64,000 nt of DNA from Dimorphilus gyrociliatus (taxonomy: Eukaryota; Animalia; Annelida). The notes below the pieces were generated by a model that saw only the letters and a program-made list of their open reading frames with translations, had not been told where the DNA came from and did not search any database. Both the position numbers and the translations under genes were made by a program. Position 1 is the first letter of the stretch. The number at the start of each line of letters is the position of its first letter. The DNA is taken from NCBI GenBank assembly GCA_904063045.1, contig CAJFCJ010000002.1:3467891-3531890 (forward strand), in the 5' to 3' direction. Shown here piece by piece: positions 1-13,652 of this stretch.

Positions 1-896
1 TTTCGGTGAATTGTTATAAATTGAGCATCTTTAAAGACTGTGAATAGGGCTTTCAAATTTACATTCGAATTTAAATGGTGCATTAAGAGAAATCTTCTAT
101 TTTTCATATTCTGTTGAAATGCTATTGCCTGAAGAGACCTTTTAATACTTTTGTAAATTTTTATATGATCATCGAATTTGATTTTCTCAATAAACTTGGA
201 ATATTTTGGTAGGTTTAGCATTTTTGGAATCAGAACGAATATTCCTTCAGCTTTTAAAAGATTTGCCAATTCCTCTGGATCCTTCATTGTTGTACCATGG
301 GCAGCCATTATTTCTTTAGAGCCTACCAAGTATCTTCGGAATTTTAAAGATTTGTCAAAGTTTAAAATTGTTTTTTCATTAGTTTCTGTTGTCGGTTCTT
401 CAGGAAAAGGAATAGACGAAATCATTTCCCATAGAGCAGGAGCTTTCCACCTTTTATCTTTACTCATAAGAAGATGTAGAAAAGTGCTGCCAGTCCTTGG
501 TAGAGTTATAATAAAAACTGGCTTTTCGAACGGAACATCTTCAATTTCGGGATGGACCTCTACGGCTTGAATTATTTTATCCTTATTTATCAAGCTTGAA
601 GTAATTTCAGATTTCAATCTGATGTAGCCTGAAAGGCTAATCTCTCTCTTTTCATCTATTTCATTGAATAAAATTGTTAGTGCTTCTTGAGTGTGTTGTT
701 CTCTCTTTAGTAACTCTTTTAGGCTATCTGGTAAAGAGGAGTAAAATTCTTGAAAGGAGAAAGAATTGAGTCTTATTCCAAAAAAAGTGAACATTGAAGC
801 ATCAATAAAATCAGAAAATCTGATAATCAATGAATGAAAGATAAAAATACATCTTTCAATAAACGAAGCCAGTAAATTCGTGGAATAGTCTTCCAT
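1..896 (-). CDS. PAPS-dependent sulfotransferase (Sulfotransfer_3 / mycobacterial Stf1-like), copy ST1; intronless over the visible part, 3' end runs off the window
   Basis: Hand translation from ATG at 896 (MEDYSTNLL...) is open to base 1. It contains KPVFIITLPRTGSTFLHLL (5'-PSB loop), WKAPALWE and DAQFITIHR, collinear with ST2-ST5. Absent from the ORF track because it is truncated. Confidence 0.9.
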   Translation of the reverse strand, partial: MEDYSTNLLASFIERCIFIFHSLIIRFSDFIDASMFTFFGIRLNSFSFQEFYSSLPDSLKELLKREQHTQEALTILFNEIDEKREISLSGYIRLKSEITSSLINKDKIIQAVEVHPEIEDVPFEKPVFIITLPRTGSTFLHLLMSKDKRWKAPALWEMISSIPFPEEPTTETNEKTILNFDKSLKFRRYLVGSKEIMAAHGTTMKDPEELANLLKAEGIFVLIPKMLNLPKYSKFIEKIKFDDHIKIYKSIKRSLQAIAFQQNMKNRRFLLMHHLNSNVNLKALFTVFKDAQFITIHR

Positions 897-1174
897 TATT
901 TTTCAAAAGAGATATAAACTGCTAATAAACTAAATTGCACTACCTGATAGCTATAACACATATGTGGAAATGGATAGCTATGGGTCCGATAATAATCCTG
1001 ATCAATGCAGTATCATTTAAATATTTTTTATAGTTATTACTTTTACTCTATTCAATTAGTGTCATTATTAAAATATGTTGCCGTGACTATTACCATTTTC
1101 CAATAAAAAACGATATAATAATATATTTAAATAAATATTCAATGTAATAATTTATGTGACGTTAGCAAAAAAAG

Positions 1175-4100
1175 CTAGCAATATTCTTCATTTGTTGCTA
1201 AATTTAATACAAATAAGCTAACATCTTCTTCAACGGCTAGCGTGTACGCATTAAGAATGTCATTTGAAATATAAGTTTTTGACAAACTGCACCTTTTATG
1301 TCTTTTTATATAAGATCCACTTCGACAACCACTTAATTCTTTACATAGACGAGAGCAATTAATAATATTTGGTACGTTTTCGTGAATTTTATTAAGGTAT
1401 GTGTTTTGAATAGTTCTTTTAGCTGTCTTAACGATAAAAAACATTTCTGGCAGTAAAAATTGAAAAGGATTAGAATTTATTAGAATAGTTTTAATAATCT
1501 AAATAATGCTTACCCTTTTGATAATCTTCAATAAAATAAGCATACTCATTACAAATTCTTAGATTTACATTGTTTGCTATTAAAAGGACAGAATCAGTAT
1601 AAATTGCCGATTTGCAGTGGAAGGTAAATGTTGCTGGCTTTTTAGGATATATAGTCATTTTAGTTTCGCTACAGATGCTTACTTCCGTGTTTGTTGTGCT
1701 AGTTATTTTCAGAGTAGACGTCCAATATAAATCACTAAACATTTGAAATCCGATCGCTGTTATATTGTAGTATCCATCAAAGTACATACTTAAACTCTTT
1801 CCGTGGTGAAGGGATTGACAATCTTCTCGAGGGTATACTTGTGAATTAGAAGTTAGCTTTCGATATGTACTGTTTATCACTCTTTCTACTTCAAAAATGA
1901 ACAATTAATTAGTTATAGTTAACTCGCAATATATAACTAATACCTCCAAGTGTACTGTCGGTTACGTTTAGCCCAAAAACCACAACCTCGCAAACCCTAA
2001 TTTTCCTTTCTGCTGATTGATATAGAGAAATTCTATTACCCAACAGAGGTTTTTCGCATACTAGAGAAATCGGCCTGCTGTAAATTTCTGTGTCCCTTGT
2101 TGAGTCACAAAATTGCCTCTCGTAAACCTTGTTTGAATTTTCAACAGATGCGACAATTTTATGGGGAAAATTGTCTGAAAAAATTATCATATCAATATTA
2201 ATAGAAATTTTAATAGCCATCTATTTACTGAAGTCAGAGCTGGGTTGAATAAGAATTTCTGTAACCATCTTAAATTCATAAAAATAAAAAGTAAGTTGGC
2301 TTTCTTCAGCATCAGTTATTAGAGAGGTACAAGACGAATAGATGAGACTATCTGTACTAACATGATATGAAAAATCTCCATCTATTGATTTAAATGGTTC
2401 CCTGCCATAGGAGTTTAGAGTATCTGACTTGGATTCTACTCTCTGCAGCGGAATAGTTTCTGAACTTTTACGGGGATTTTCTAAACCATAGACTTCTACT
2501 TCAATAAAATGAATAGCTGAATGATCAACAGCTAACATAGCAAATCTGCCTGAGATATTGGGATCGGTACATTCCCATATTCTATATTCCATTGGTGAGA
2601 AAGAATTTGCATTGTTAAAACAATTACAAGTCAAAGAGAAGGGAGTTGATGATTCTAAAGATGAATTATAGACTCCTCCACACAAGTTATGGTAATTCTC
2701 TAACCCTTTTAATTTTTTAGATTAGTCTAGGGGTATGATGATAAGATGAATGCAACTTACAATACATAGTCACTGTTACGGCAATTTGTTGCACAATATA
2801 TTCTTGTATGAGATCAACACATATCCAATTTTTTGCACCAGTCGAGTAAGAAGTTTGGTAAAGGTATTTTCCATCCGTCAAATATATATTTTCACATCCA
2901 TTAAAGGAAAAATAGCCACTCCATGCAGGTTTACCACGAGCAATATTTGTTGCAATATTATCTATTAGATGACAAACGTTAGATGACGTCATTTACAGTA
3001 ACTGTTAGTATTGTGAAAACATGATTTACCCGTACTATCAACATGGTTGCCCCAAACATATATTTCACTGAGGGCAAATTGATTCGTATGCGATTTATAT
3101 AAATAGAGATATCTGCCCTTTACCCCACCAACTTTACATAGAATGGTTGTGTATTTTGGGAGGGTGGCAGGTGGCCCTTGGTAGGAATGGCATAAATCCA
3201 TACTTGAAGAATTCAATGTGAGAAAAGGATGAGTTTTCGATAGAAAAAAATCAATATTGGTTAAGGTATGTTCTTGATTTTGTTTTGCTACAATATCAAC
3301 TCCATAAACTTCATAAATACGCTCGAGGTCGATTGATATTTTAACTTCGCTATTTCTAATTTCGTAATAACTAGTGATATCAGAATCAACAAGATGTCCT
3401 TGAGCTTGTTGATTGTGTACTGCCGCAACAGCCACTGGCTTTAAGAGAGCTAAATTTCCTATAAATTAAATATAAAGAATATATTTTAAAAGTCTATATT
3501 ATTCAAGTAAGAATTTTGTAATAAATACCTGTATAAAGTTCTACTTCACACAAATGAATATCTCCTATAATATTATTAAAGTATATCTTTTTACCAAAGT
3601 CTGAGAAAGTTTCAACACAATGAATTTCTGAATATGTTTGATTGTTTATTAATATTCCTTCTGTACATGTTGTACTTAATGTTTTACTGTCGACGTAAAT
3701 TTGATAAATTTGATAAACTGTATAGGAAAAACTTTGACAGGTTATTTAAAAGAAATTTTACAATGAATATTAATATTTACCGTCATAGTTTGGAGTTAAA
3801 ACGATAATTTTATTTATTAAAATATCTACTGATAATTCAAAATAAATGATGGTATTGCTTATTCCCTCTATTATTGTGCAACTGCCGAACTTAGGATCAT
3901 TATATGGCATAAAATCCCCTAAGCGCACCTGTGAGGATCCTGATGTACTACCTTTATCAATTGCTATATGTTGACGGAGCTTGACGACATTAAGCATGTT
4001 CGAAGCTGTTTTTTCAAAACACCTTGTTCGATATAATGCTTTACGGCCTCGGTGTTTAGTATACAGATTGGAATAACGGAAGTAGACTCCCATATCATTT

Positions 4101-4797
4101 CTTGATGATTTTATGCTTAGTCGCCTATGATAACCATATTCAATATCTGCATTTTCTAATACGCAACCAACCGATTTCCAACTAAACTGAATACATTCAT
4201 CCCAATATGCCTTTCTATCAATATCTCTACCACATATTCCTAGAGATTTTGCTGTAAAAGAAATTATAAATAACAATTTTAAGCATAGTAACGAAAGTTT
4301 CTAACTTTTTCTCACTAATAAGTGCCTTTCAAATGCATTTATTAGATCATATATTACTTCGGTTAATAGTGAACATTGTTTAGGATCATTTACATTCAAT
4401 TCAAAAGCAACACAGTCGTCGTTCGCAATACATTGTCTATTGCATTCGCTATAATTTTCCACCGTAATAGTAGTCTTCTGACTCGATGTTGTTTTAAAGC
4501 GAGCTAGTCTTAATTCTTTACCTATAGTAAATTTAATATGTTCCTTAGAGATTATTACTAAATTTAAAAAACTACACCATAATTGCAGATATCTCCGGAG
4601 AATTCGTCACTACAAAGGCAAGTACCAGATACACATTTTCCAGTATCAAGACAGTCAGTATTTAATTTACAGCACTCTTTTCCAAAAATATTAATTCAAG
4701 ACTTTGTTAATAAGAGTATTTTTTACTTACTACAAAAAATGGAGCTCTTTATTAGGATTATTAAATTCAGATAAATTGTTACATAAATATAACTCAT
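1175..4797 (-). CDS. Secreted multidomain lectin-like protein L1: signal peptide, EGF-like, PAN, Cys/Trp module, 5 degenerate F-type lectin (FTP)-like domains, PAN; multi-exon
   Basis: ATG 4797 gives MSYIYVTIYLNLIILIKSSIFC. Next exons: CCKLNTDCLDTGKCVSGTCLCSDEFSGDIC (EGF-like) and a PAN exon (ECNRQCIANDDCVAF). FTP-like hallmarks: NLALLKPV, NIARGKPAW..TDG..WICVDL, LCEVEL, LSEIYVWG, IEVEVYG, VCEVVVFG. C-terminal PAN: CSRLCKELSGC..CSLS. GT-AG introns are in phase at the junctions I checked. Confidence 0.8.
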
Positions 4798-5723
4798 GAT
4801 CAATGACCTGTAAGAATATAGTTAACTTCTAAGCTTACATAGAGCAAAATGGAAAACATAAATATCTAAAAAATTCAATGACTGATATTTCTTATAATAT
4901 ATTTATGTTTGAAATATAACTTCGAGGCATTTTAGAACTAGATTCTGAAAGCTAAGACAATACTTTCTTATGTTTTATGAATTATATCTATAAAAATACT
5001 CGATAATGATGGAAAATTTATTACTTTTGTTTCACAATATTCCGCGTACTTGCCTTCTCTATATATGAAGCAATGTCAGCGAAAAGTTCATTATGTATAA
5101 TTAATGTCTATATTTTTGTTCTATTATAAAATTTTAATGAAATTTTCACTCATTTAATAAACATTGAATAACTTTATATGCAATAATATAAAGTCATGTG
5201 ATTTTTTTAAAACTAGTTTCTTACACGTTTTAATCAACTGCAAAATAATAAGTAGAGCGTATTAAACCGTTAATTGAAATCATCAAGTGTCTGTCTATTT
5301 GCTGAACTAAAAACAAATAAATCTTTAAACCTATAAAGAACATTCTTAATTCTCTATTAATAGACCTGTTTTTTTTTTATTATAAGCATAATCTATTGTT
5401 TACTCTTTCTTTCGTCTGGAAAATATAGCAAGATGTTTTATATTGTTAAATAGAGAAACTGTCTATTTGTCTATTTTAACGAATTATCAACTATTATTTA
5501 TACTTTCGATTATTATAATCCTTACTTGGAAATGGTATAAATATGCTGTTTTCTATATTTTCACACAGTTTATTGTTAGAAATGAATGAGAAATAAAATT
5601 GAACAATTTACAGAATATATAAAAATATTTAAGTTGTCGATTTCAAGTTGCGTGCATATATTCTGCCATTAATTATTTACTAAAACTGTAATAAAACAAC
5701 AGAGAAATCCATGTAATAGAATC

Positions 5724-8700
5724 TCAGCAGCTAGGAAGTGAATTTACATCAAGTCTGGTAAAAAGTACATATTTTTCATTTGAAAACGTCGTGAATGCTG
5801 TAAAAGTGTTGGTAGTAAGCCTAAATGTAGATAATGAACATTCTTTCTTTTCATAAGAATATGTACAACTTTCACACCCTGATGTTTGATTACACGTTGC
5901 TAAACAGTTCAGTACATTATGTATGTTGCTTTCCTTTAAGTTGATTAATTCGGTTCTCATATTATTATTTGAAACTATTGCCCTAAATTTATCTATAAAT
6001 ACAAAAAAGAAACAAATAGATAAAATATATGAATGAAAACGTTTGCTTACCGAATTCCGAAGAAAAATTGCGAAAGAGAACGTAAACTTTACATATATTG
6101 ATATTGCTTGTGTGCGATCGAAGGTGTATATACTTAGCAATTAGCTGTGAGCTACAAGGAAACATTAATCGAGTCTTTTGAGCAACATTTACATAGCCGT
6201 TGAAATGTGTACAGTTTTCTTGTGAATCTCTATTTAAAGCAGAAAAAGCTATTTTTTGCGACCAATTAAAACTCTCCGGTACTTCAAATCCAATACCAAT
6301 AATTTCTAAAAATTGTTCGAAATGTACAAAAACTTCTTGTGCCATAGATCCTATAGTACAATGGGAATTTGGCAAAACTCCGTAAGTAGGTAATTTAATA
6401 ATAGACGAAGCATTTTTGTCAACAGTAACGTCTGAATGATATTATTAAAAGTTATCTTTACGATAAGAATATAAACTGTATTCTTTAATTGGAAATAAAT
6501 AACTTACTTAAAGGATTTTGCTGCGCAGCTTTCCCAAAAATAATAACTTCACATATACTAATAATCTTACTTCCATCGCTTCTATAAAATGAAATTTTAT
6601 TTCCAAAATAGTTAACAGGGCATTTAATGTGTAAAGGAGATCGATCAAAAGAAGGTCTGTCCTTCGCATAGCAAAGTTGCCTCTCTTCTTCCCTTTCATC
6701 ATTTTCTACAGATACCATTACAGAATTAAAGACGTCTGCAAATCATAATAGAGTTTTTAAGACATATTACAATTAGTTTTTGCAATAGTGTTTACCATCT
6801 TCATACGGAATTTGCACGAATATTTCATAAATTTCGAATATATCTGAGAAGGTTATGGTAAATTTACTCTCGAAATTGTGTTGTACGCTTGAACATGAAT
6901 GAGAAATATTATTTCCAAATCTATTATCTGTATTTCCATCGTATATCTTAATTGGAAATTGTTCATATTGTTCATTTGAAATATTGGCTCCCAATTCTGT
7001 ATTTCTCGTAACGTTAACTATCTCTATCTTCTTATGCCTTTCATCACCTATCCTTGTTCCGTAGGCTTCAATTTCGGGAAAATGAAGTTTATTAACGTCT
7101 CTAAGATATAATACTAAATATCTTCCAATAGGATTTGGATCAAAACATTTCCACATTTTATACTCTCCGCTTAAAAAATTAACATTATTGTCAAAACAAT
7201 TCGCAGTTAAAGTATCAGTTGAGTCTCCTTTGTTTAAACGATAATTCAATAGAGTTCCACTAACCATATTTGCTCTTGATTCATCTGTAAAAGAGAATTT
7301 CTTTCTTTTTTAATTTTCTGCATAAAGCAACAAAATAATATATTTACATCCTGGTCGGGCCTGAGCTGCAACTACGTGCAATTCATAAATATCCAAAAAA
7401 TCTACACATACCCATGACTTTTCTTCCAATGTATGAAAGAATTTCTTATCTGTGAGTCCATCAACGGAGAAAAGTTCAAGATTAACCTCAGGGTGATAAG
7501 AAGAAGAACCCCATAAAGGTTTATTCAGTGCAATATTTGCAGAAGTTACATCTATGAAATAAAGGATGGAGCTAAAAACTGAGTTGTAAAAAATAAAATA
7601 TGTACTAACTAGATTTTGCAACAAAATCTCCCCAAATTTCAATTTCACAAAATGAAAGTACGTCTGTTGTTGATATTTCAAGGAGAAAATACTGCCCTAC
7701 AACACCTCCTTTTGAACAAATAACTACAAAATAATTAGCTGAGGACACGGATTTTGCAAAATTAGAGCAAAGATTCTTTTGAATAGATTGCCAATAGGTC
7801 CTTGAATTTTCATATGTTAAGTAAGCTTTCGCTTGAAAGGAATATGCAGAGCTTACATATGTTGGTGCAATATCTGCACCATAAATTCGGTAAACATCTA
7901 ACAAATTTACTGAAACCCAAGGTGAATCTTGGAGTGTAGAATAAAAACATGATAGCGTATCTCCATCAACAATTGAACCGGGACTAAAATTGGCTTCAGT
8001 TGAGCTCGCATATACTGGTCGATATTCAGCTAAATTTTCTGTAAGTAGAGTACTTCTATTTAATTAAGTGAGTAATAATTAATAAAGATGAAAATTTACC
8101 TGTAAAGGCTTCAACTTCACAAATATGCAGAGTATTTGTTACCTTTTGTTCGATCGTAAATGAATTCTTCCTGGCTAAGTTTCCTCCTGTACACATTACT
8201 TCAGTCCATGTTTTGTTTTTTAAATCTACGCTGTCTTGGCACATGTTCGAAGTTGTATCAAGGTAAATATCGACAAGTTGATAAACTTTCGGAAAAAGAT
8301 AATCAATATATTAATACGAGAAGCTCAATAACTAACCATCAATGTTTGCCGACCAAATGACAATCCGTCTAATGAGTAAAGGTCTGTGAAACATTATTTT
8401 TAAAAATGGAGAAGGTTGTCCAACGACACTACAAGAATTTAGTTGTTCATTTAGCAAGTATATTCCATCAGTTACATGGGAAGGATGAAGCGATAAATCA
8501 GTAGGTGTTGTGGAAGCCTGAACTTGTCTATGTAGAGCGACATTGAGATGGCTTGTTGCCAGACTTCCAAAGCATTCCATTCTATAATAGACTGTACCAC
8601 CTTTCAGTCTATCTCTTCGCGATCTAGAAGAATAATAACTCATATCGTTTGCAGCAGTAGTGATAGCATTAGTTCGCCAATAGTTATTAGCTTTAAATTT

Positions 8701-9447
8701 GCTTGAAAGGCATTTCGCGTCCAACCATAACTTATGTAAACAGTCATCATTTGGCGGAACTATTGAGTTTACCTTTCCACATATTCCATCACGAACATCT
8801 TCGTAAAACTTGAGTTATTATTTTAACAAATTGGGAAACTACCTTACCTTTTCGAATGAGCAAATAAGCTCCTATATCATTTGTTAAAGCATACGCAACT
8901 TCCGAATAGCATTTACATAAGTACGCTGGATTTGTAAATTTAACATAAAAGGCAGCAAAATTAGGTGTACTTTGGCAGTAGGCTAAACAATCCTCTATAT
9001 TTGGTTTTATTCCTGACTTTGCTTCTGTCGCACTGGTCATTTTGTCAGTCTCCAACCTATACGTTTCTCCTTGAAGAATAGCCGATAAGCTAAAGTCGAA
9101 CTAAGAAATTTAAACATTTTACCTTCGTTACATATGTTCCAATCAAAGGGCGTGGGACAGTTGCAAATTCCATTACTACATAATCCATTTGACAAGCAAT
9201 CAGAATTGCTTGTACAGGATAACACTGAAAAATACAAGAAACTACTATAACGGCTTTTATACAATCTATAGAAGTTTTGTTTAAACAATCAACTTTTCCT
9301 TTCAGTATTCTCTTAAAAAATTATATTCGATTTTTTTTTAATTGGAATAATTAATAATAAAATCCAAAAGAACAAACCTGATTCTTCTACACATTTCATT
9401 AGTATCAATAAATGAAGAAAAAGCTTTCTGACAAGTATCCTTTCCAT
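5724..9447 (-). CDS. Secreted multidomain lectin-like protein L2 (paralog of L1, same architecture)
   Basis: ATG 9447 gives MERILVRKLFLHLLILMKC. EGF-like CTSNSDCLSNGLCSNGICNCPTPFDWNIC; PAN CLAYCQSTPN; NVALHRQV..VTDG, NIALNKPLW..VDG..WVCVDF, FCEIEIWG, ICEVIIFG; terminal PAN CLATCNQTSGC ending at stop 5724. Confidence 0.8.
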
Positions 9448-9850
9448 TTCAAGATCAAACTGACTGAAATACTGTCTTGCGTAAATGTCGTTGGATATCG
9501 AAAGTATTTGATTGCATTAACTGATTCTTTGTTGGTAGATTGTCGTTAATCGATACTATCTAATCTATAATAATGGGTTACATTCTAAAGTCTCTTTTAT
9601 TTTGTAGCTTAGGAAATTGAATGAGCTCAAGGGAATCTGTATTTAGTCGACTATTGAATATTTAATAAATTATTCAAGTGTTTCTTATTTGTTACAAAAT
9701 ATATTTTTTTCGCCAGATAGTAACATAAATTTATAGACAAAAAACATGTATTGGCTGCCTCCGAGTACTTTGTGATTATGAACAAGGTTAAATTGATTAT
9801 TAAACTTACAATTTAGAAAGTAACATTAATTATTAAAGGTCGGGTAATTG

Positions 9851-12800
9851 TTAGCAGTTTGCACTTGAACAGTCTGTACAGTATGTCTTTTTTGAAAAGA
9901 AATATATACTTCCTGGTGCACTGTCGAGAAACATAGTTTTATGTGACTCTATTATATTATAGACTGATGTAGAACAAGTTCTATGCGAGAATAAGAATGA
10001 TATGCTACTGCAAGCTTCATCCCTTAGGCAAAACTTTATACATTCGATTGGGTTTAATATATTGGATTGAATTGTCGATAATCCTCTTTTGAACTTTTTT
10101 GCAGCGTGAATGACATCCATGTTCACTGAGGTGAAATAGTTTGTTTAGATAGTTAACCTATTTTAAAAAGAATAAGAACAAGTGTTTCCCAATACATACT
10201 GTGTTTAATAGATTTTTCGGCGATTATGTAAACACTACAAATCTTTAATTTTACGTCATCAGCCGATTGGATATTGATGTACTTAATATTTATCTTCAGA
10301 GAACAATAATACACAAAAGTACTATCAATCAAAAGACTTTCGTTTCCAGTAGATTGTTCGTGAGAGGCACAAAGGACGTTTATGTTATCATTAATAGCGT
10401 AAAATGAAATATTTGAATGAAATGGAGCCTTTGAACTTATTTTTATAGCAATTGCTACAAGAGTAATTTCTTTCCCAAAGGAAAGTAAGAATTCACCAGC
10501 CGTATCTTCACAATTAATAGTATTAATATAATCAGGTAAAATGAGTCTTCCAATTGGCTCCATGGGAAATAATTCTACAAATTATCAACAAAAAGTTAAG
10601 AATATATTAAAATCTATATGTTACACTTAAATTTATTACCTGATTGATTAATTACTCGTCCTAAAACGACTAATTCACATATTGATAATTTCCTGTCACC
10701 AACTCTTTTATATACAATTAACTGATTGCCATAAGCTTTTCGTTGACAAAAATAGGAATATAATTTTTTTCTCAATCGAACTTTTTCAGTGTGAATTGAA
10801 CATTTTTGCATTTCAAAGGGTCGTTTATGATCCTGTATTGAGATCACTATGCCATAAAGAGCTGTTGAAAATGTATACTTTTATCTTAATATTCAATAGA
10901 AAATTTAACAAATTTGTACCAGATTCCATCGGATATTCGATTAGAACCTCGTGAACAGAGTACCATCCATCAAAACTTACAATAACTTTACTATAGTCTT
11001 CGCCTAGAAAAGTCGTGCAATATAAACGTTGATTCATTGTAAGAAAGTCATATTTTCCATCAATAATCTGTTCTTTTCTTTGGTGTATATTATCTTCCGA
11101 GGTGGATGCTTCAACATCTTTTAAATTTATTTGCACCATTTCTGCATTAATTACTTTTATACCATATACTTCTACTTCGTTCAGACTCAGAATACCCTCT
11201 GTTACATACAGAATTACAAATCTACCCTCTGGCATAGGATTCATACAAGTAACTGGTACTGATTGCCCACGAAATATTGGTCTGGTCACTGACGCACAAT
11301 TGGTGATTAGCTCATCGCTAGATATTCCTTCTATAGTTTGATCTCTAATGATTACATCAAATTCTAGATTATTCAAGGTGACCCTGTCGGTGTCTTGAAC
11401 AAAGGAAAATTACTATTTCTTATTGAGTTCTTATCATATTTTATTTACCCTCAGATGTCATAATATTAATTATTATGTCCTTGATTGTATACATAACCAT
11501 CAAGTCAATTGATAGCCACTCTTTTATAGTAATTACGTAACCATTTATATCGCTGGCGCCATCTGTTGCATAAGCAATTGATTTATAATGTTCGTTTTCT
11601 GTATCAGACCATATCAAAGGCTTTAAATAAGCTATATTAATTTTGTTCTCATCTGAAGAAATATTGCAACTTTTTATAATATAGTATAAACACTACTTTA
11701 TGAAGTTCTACCTAATTCTGCGACAAATTTACCAAAAATTTCAATTTCACAAATGTCCAATTGTATACTGTCAGAATGAACCAAAACAAATTGGCCAATC
11801 GTTTTATTTGAACAGAAAAGAGTTTGGTATTCGTTAGAAGCAATTGATTGCAGATCTCCACAATGACTTTTTACTGTGTCATCAAACACAGGGTTAGTAG
11901 ATGTTATGTAGACATTCACTGAGCTTGCAGGATAATCTTTTGGAAACAGAATATCAATACCATAGACTTCATATGTTTTTAATAAATTAATTGCCATCCA
12001 TAATTCTAAATCTGATGATGTTGTGGGCATTTCACTTCTAAGGCAAGTAGCTGGATCATGATCGACAGCTAGTGTAGAATAGTGTTGAGGGGATGCATTT
12101 TTTACATATGTAGGCTTCATGAAAGCTAAATTGTCTGAAAAAGAAAGAAATAATTTATTTCAACAATCAGAGTATTATTGTTTTCCTTACTTGTAAATAT
12201 TTCAACTTCACATATGGCCAAATAAGAATTTGCTGTAATCAATACAGTCATTCCTGGAATAATTTGCAAATTTTGACAAACAATTTCCTTTGTTCCAGCT
12301 TTTCCTGATGGTAGAATCACATTTTCTATGCATATATTATTGGATGCATCAACATGGATATTAAATGTCTGTTGTTCTAAGGTAAATGAAAATGTTAATA
12401 AGCTATACATAATTTAAAAGTTACCTGTTATATTAGGATGAACAATATGCAAACTACGCAATAGAAATACCTTTTGTAAACTAATTTTAACAATTATCGA
12501 GGAACTTTTAACATAAAGACAGCTTTCAATGTTTGATAGTGTACTTCCGTCAATAATCCAGGCGGATCGATCTGGAGAATTTAAAGTTACTCCTGCAGTT
12601 TCTAAGTTTGCTTCGGAATATAAAGCAATGTTATTTTCATTTAGAGCTAAATTCCCGAAACACTCAATCCTATTATATCTTTTTGATGTAGTATGCCGAG
12701 AAACATGGGTTGAGTGCGGATAGTATAGTAGCATATCTTCTTTGACGGATGCAACTGATAGCTTTCTCCAATTGTTGAAACTGCTGGTTGGCACTTTTCC

Positions 12801-13445
12801 AGTACAGTCGCTCTTTTGCCATAAAAATGATAAACAATCGATTGAATGCTCATAAACCAAATCATTACGTCCACATATTCCTTTTAATTTATCTATCAAT
12901 TAAGAAATGAGTTGTAGATTTTTCATAATTTTTGAGTATGTTACAAGCCTTTTCTAATAAAAAATTCTTTTTTAGTGCTGCTAATTAAATCATAAGAAAC
13001 TTCAGTTACTAAATAACAACGGTTATAATAAAGTATTCCTGCTCCAACACAATCATTCAAAGATACGCAATGGGTTATACAATCATTATAACTATTAGCT
13101 TGCCATCTCCTTATTCTGGTGTTTGCAGGTATATCTATAGCGGAGTTCTTTATGATTTTAAACGTCTTTCCTAAAAATATTTCATGCTTTTTAAAAATGA
13201 AACTTATTTCGAAACTAATCTGTACCATAGGAACACATTAACCCATTGTACGGTTCTGGACAGACGCATACACCATTAACGCACGATCCAACTTCGAGAC
13301 AATCGTCGTCATTAATACATGTAGTCCCTTAGAGAAATTTTAAATTGGAATTTTGCTTTATTAAGAAAGAAATGAAACAAAACTTACAACACAAAGAAGC
13401 ATATACAATCAGTAGAGCAATGGAAATATTCCATGATTTGCACAT
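9851..13445 (-). CDS. Secreted multidomain lectin-like protein L3 (paralog of L1/L2)
   Basis: ATG 13445 gives MCKSWNISIALLIVYASLC. EGF-like CINDDDCLEVGSCVNGVCVCPEPYNGLMC; PAN CITHCVSLNDC; five FTP-like units ending ICEVEIF, ICEIEIFG, LNEVEVYG, ICELVVLG, ICSVYII; terminal PAN CIKFCLRDEAC. Confidence 0.8.
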
Positions 13446-13652
13446 TTTGATTCAAGCAGAAATAAAGTTAGTTGTACTACAACACTGACATTTAAGCGAT
13501 AATGTAAAATTTAAATACATTTAATATTAGTAAGAATTATTAAAATATATTAGAAAATGGAAAAATGTCATGAACTTTCTTCAATCAAAACGAATAATAT
13601 ATTCATGTTCCTTAGTGATAAAGTACTTTAGCTCTTTACGCTTTAGGATTAC

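Noticed and set aside
178-570. Plus-strand ORF (also 16054-16320 and 17539-17805) recurring in the sulfotransferase paralogs
   Set aside because: These are antisense shadows of the conserved LPRTGST/WKAP region of the real minus-strand genes.
1175-13445. Fragmented ORFs read as frameshifted pseudogenes or many small genes
   Set aside because: The breaks I examined coincide with in-phase GT-AG introns conserved among the three paralogs.
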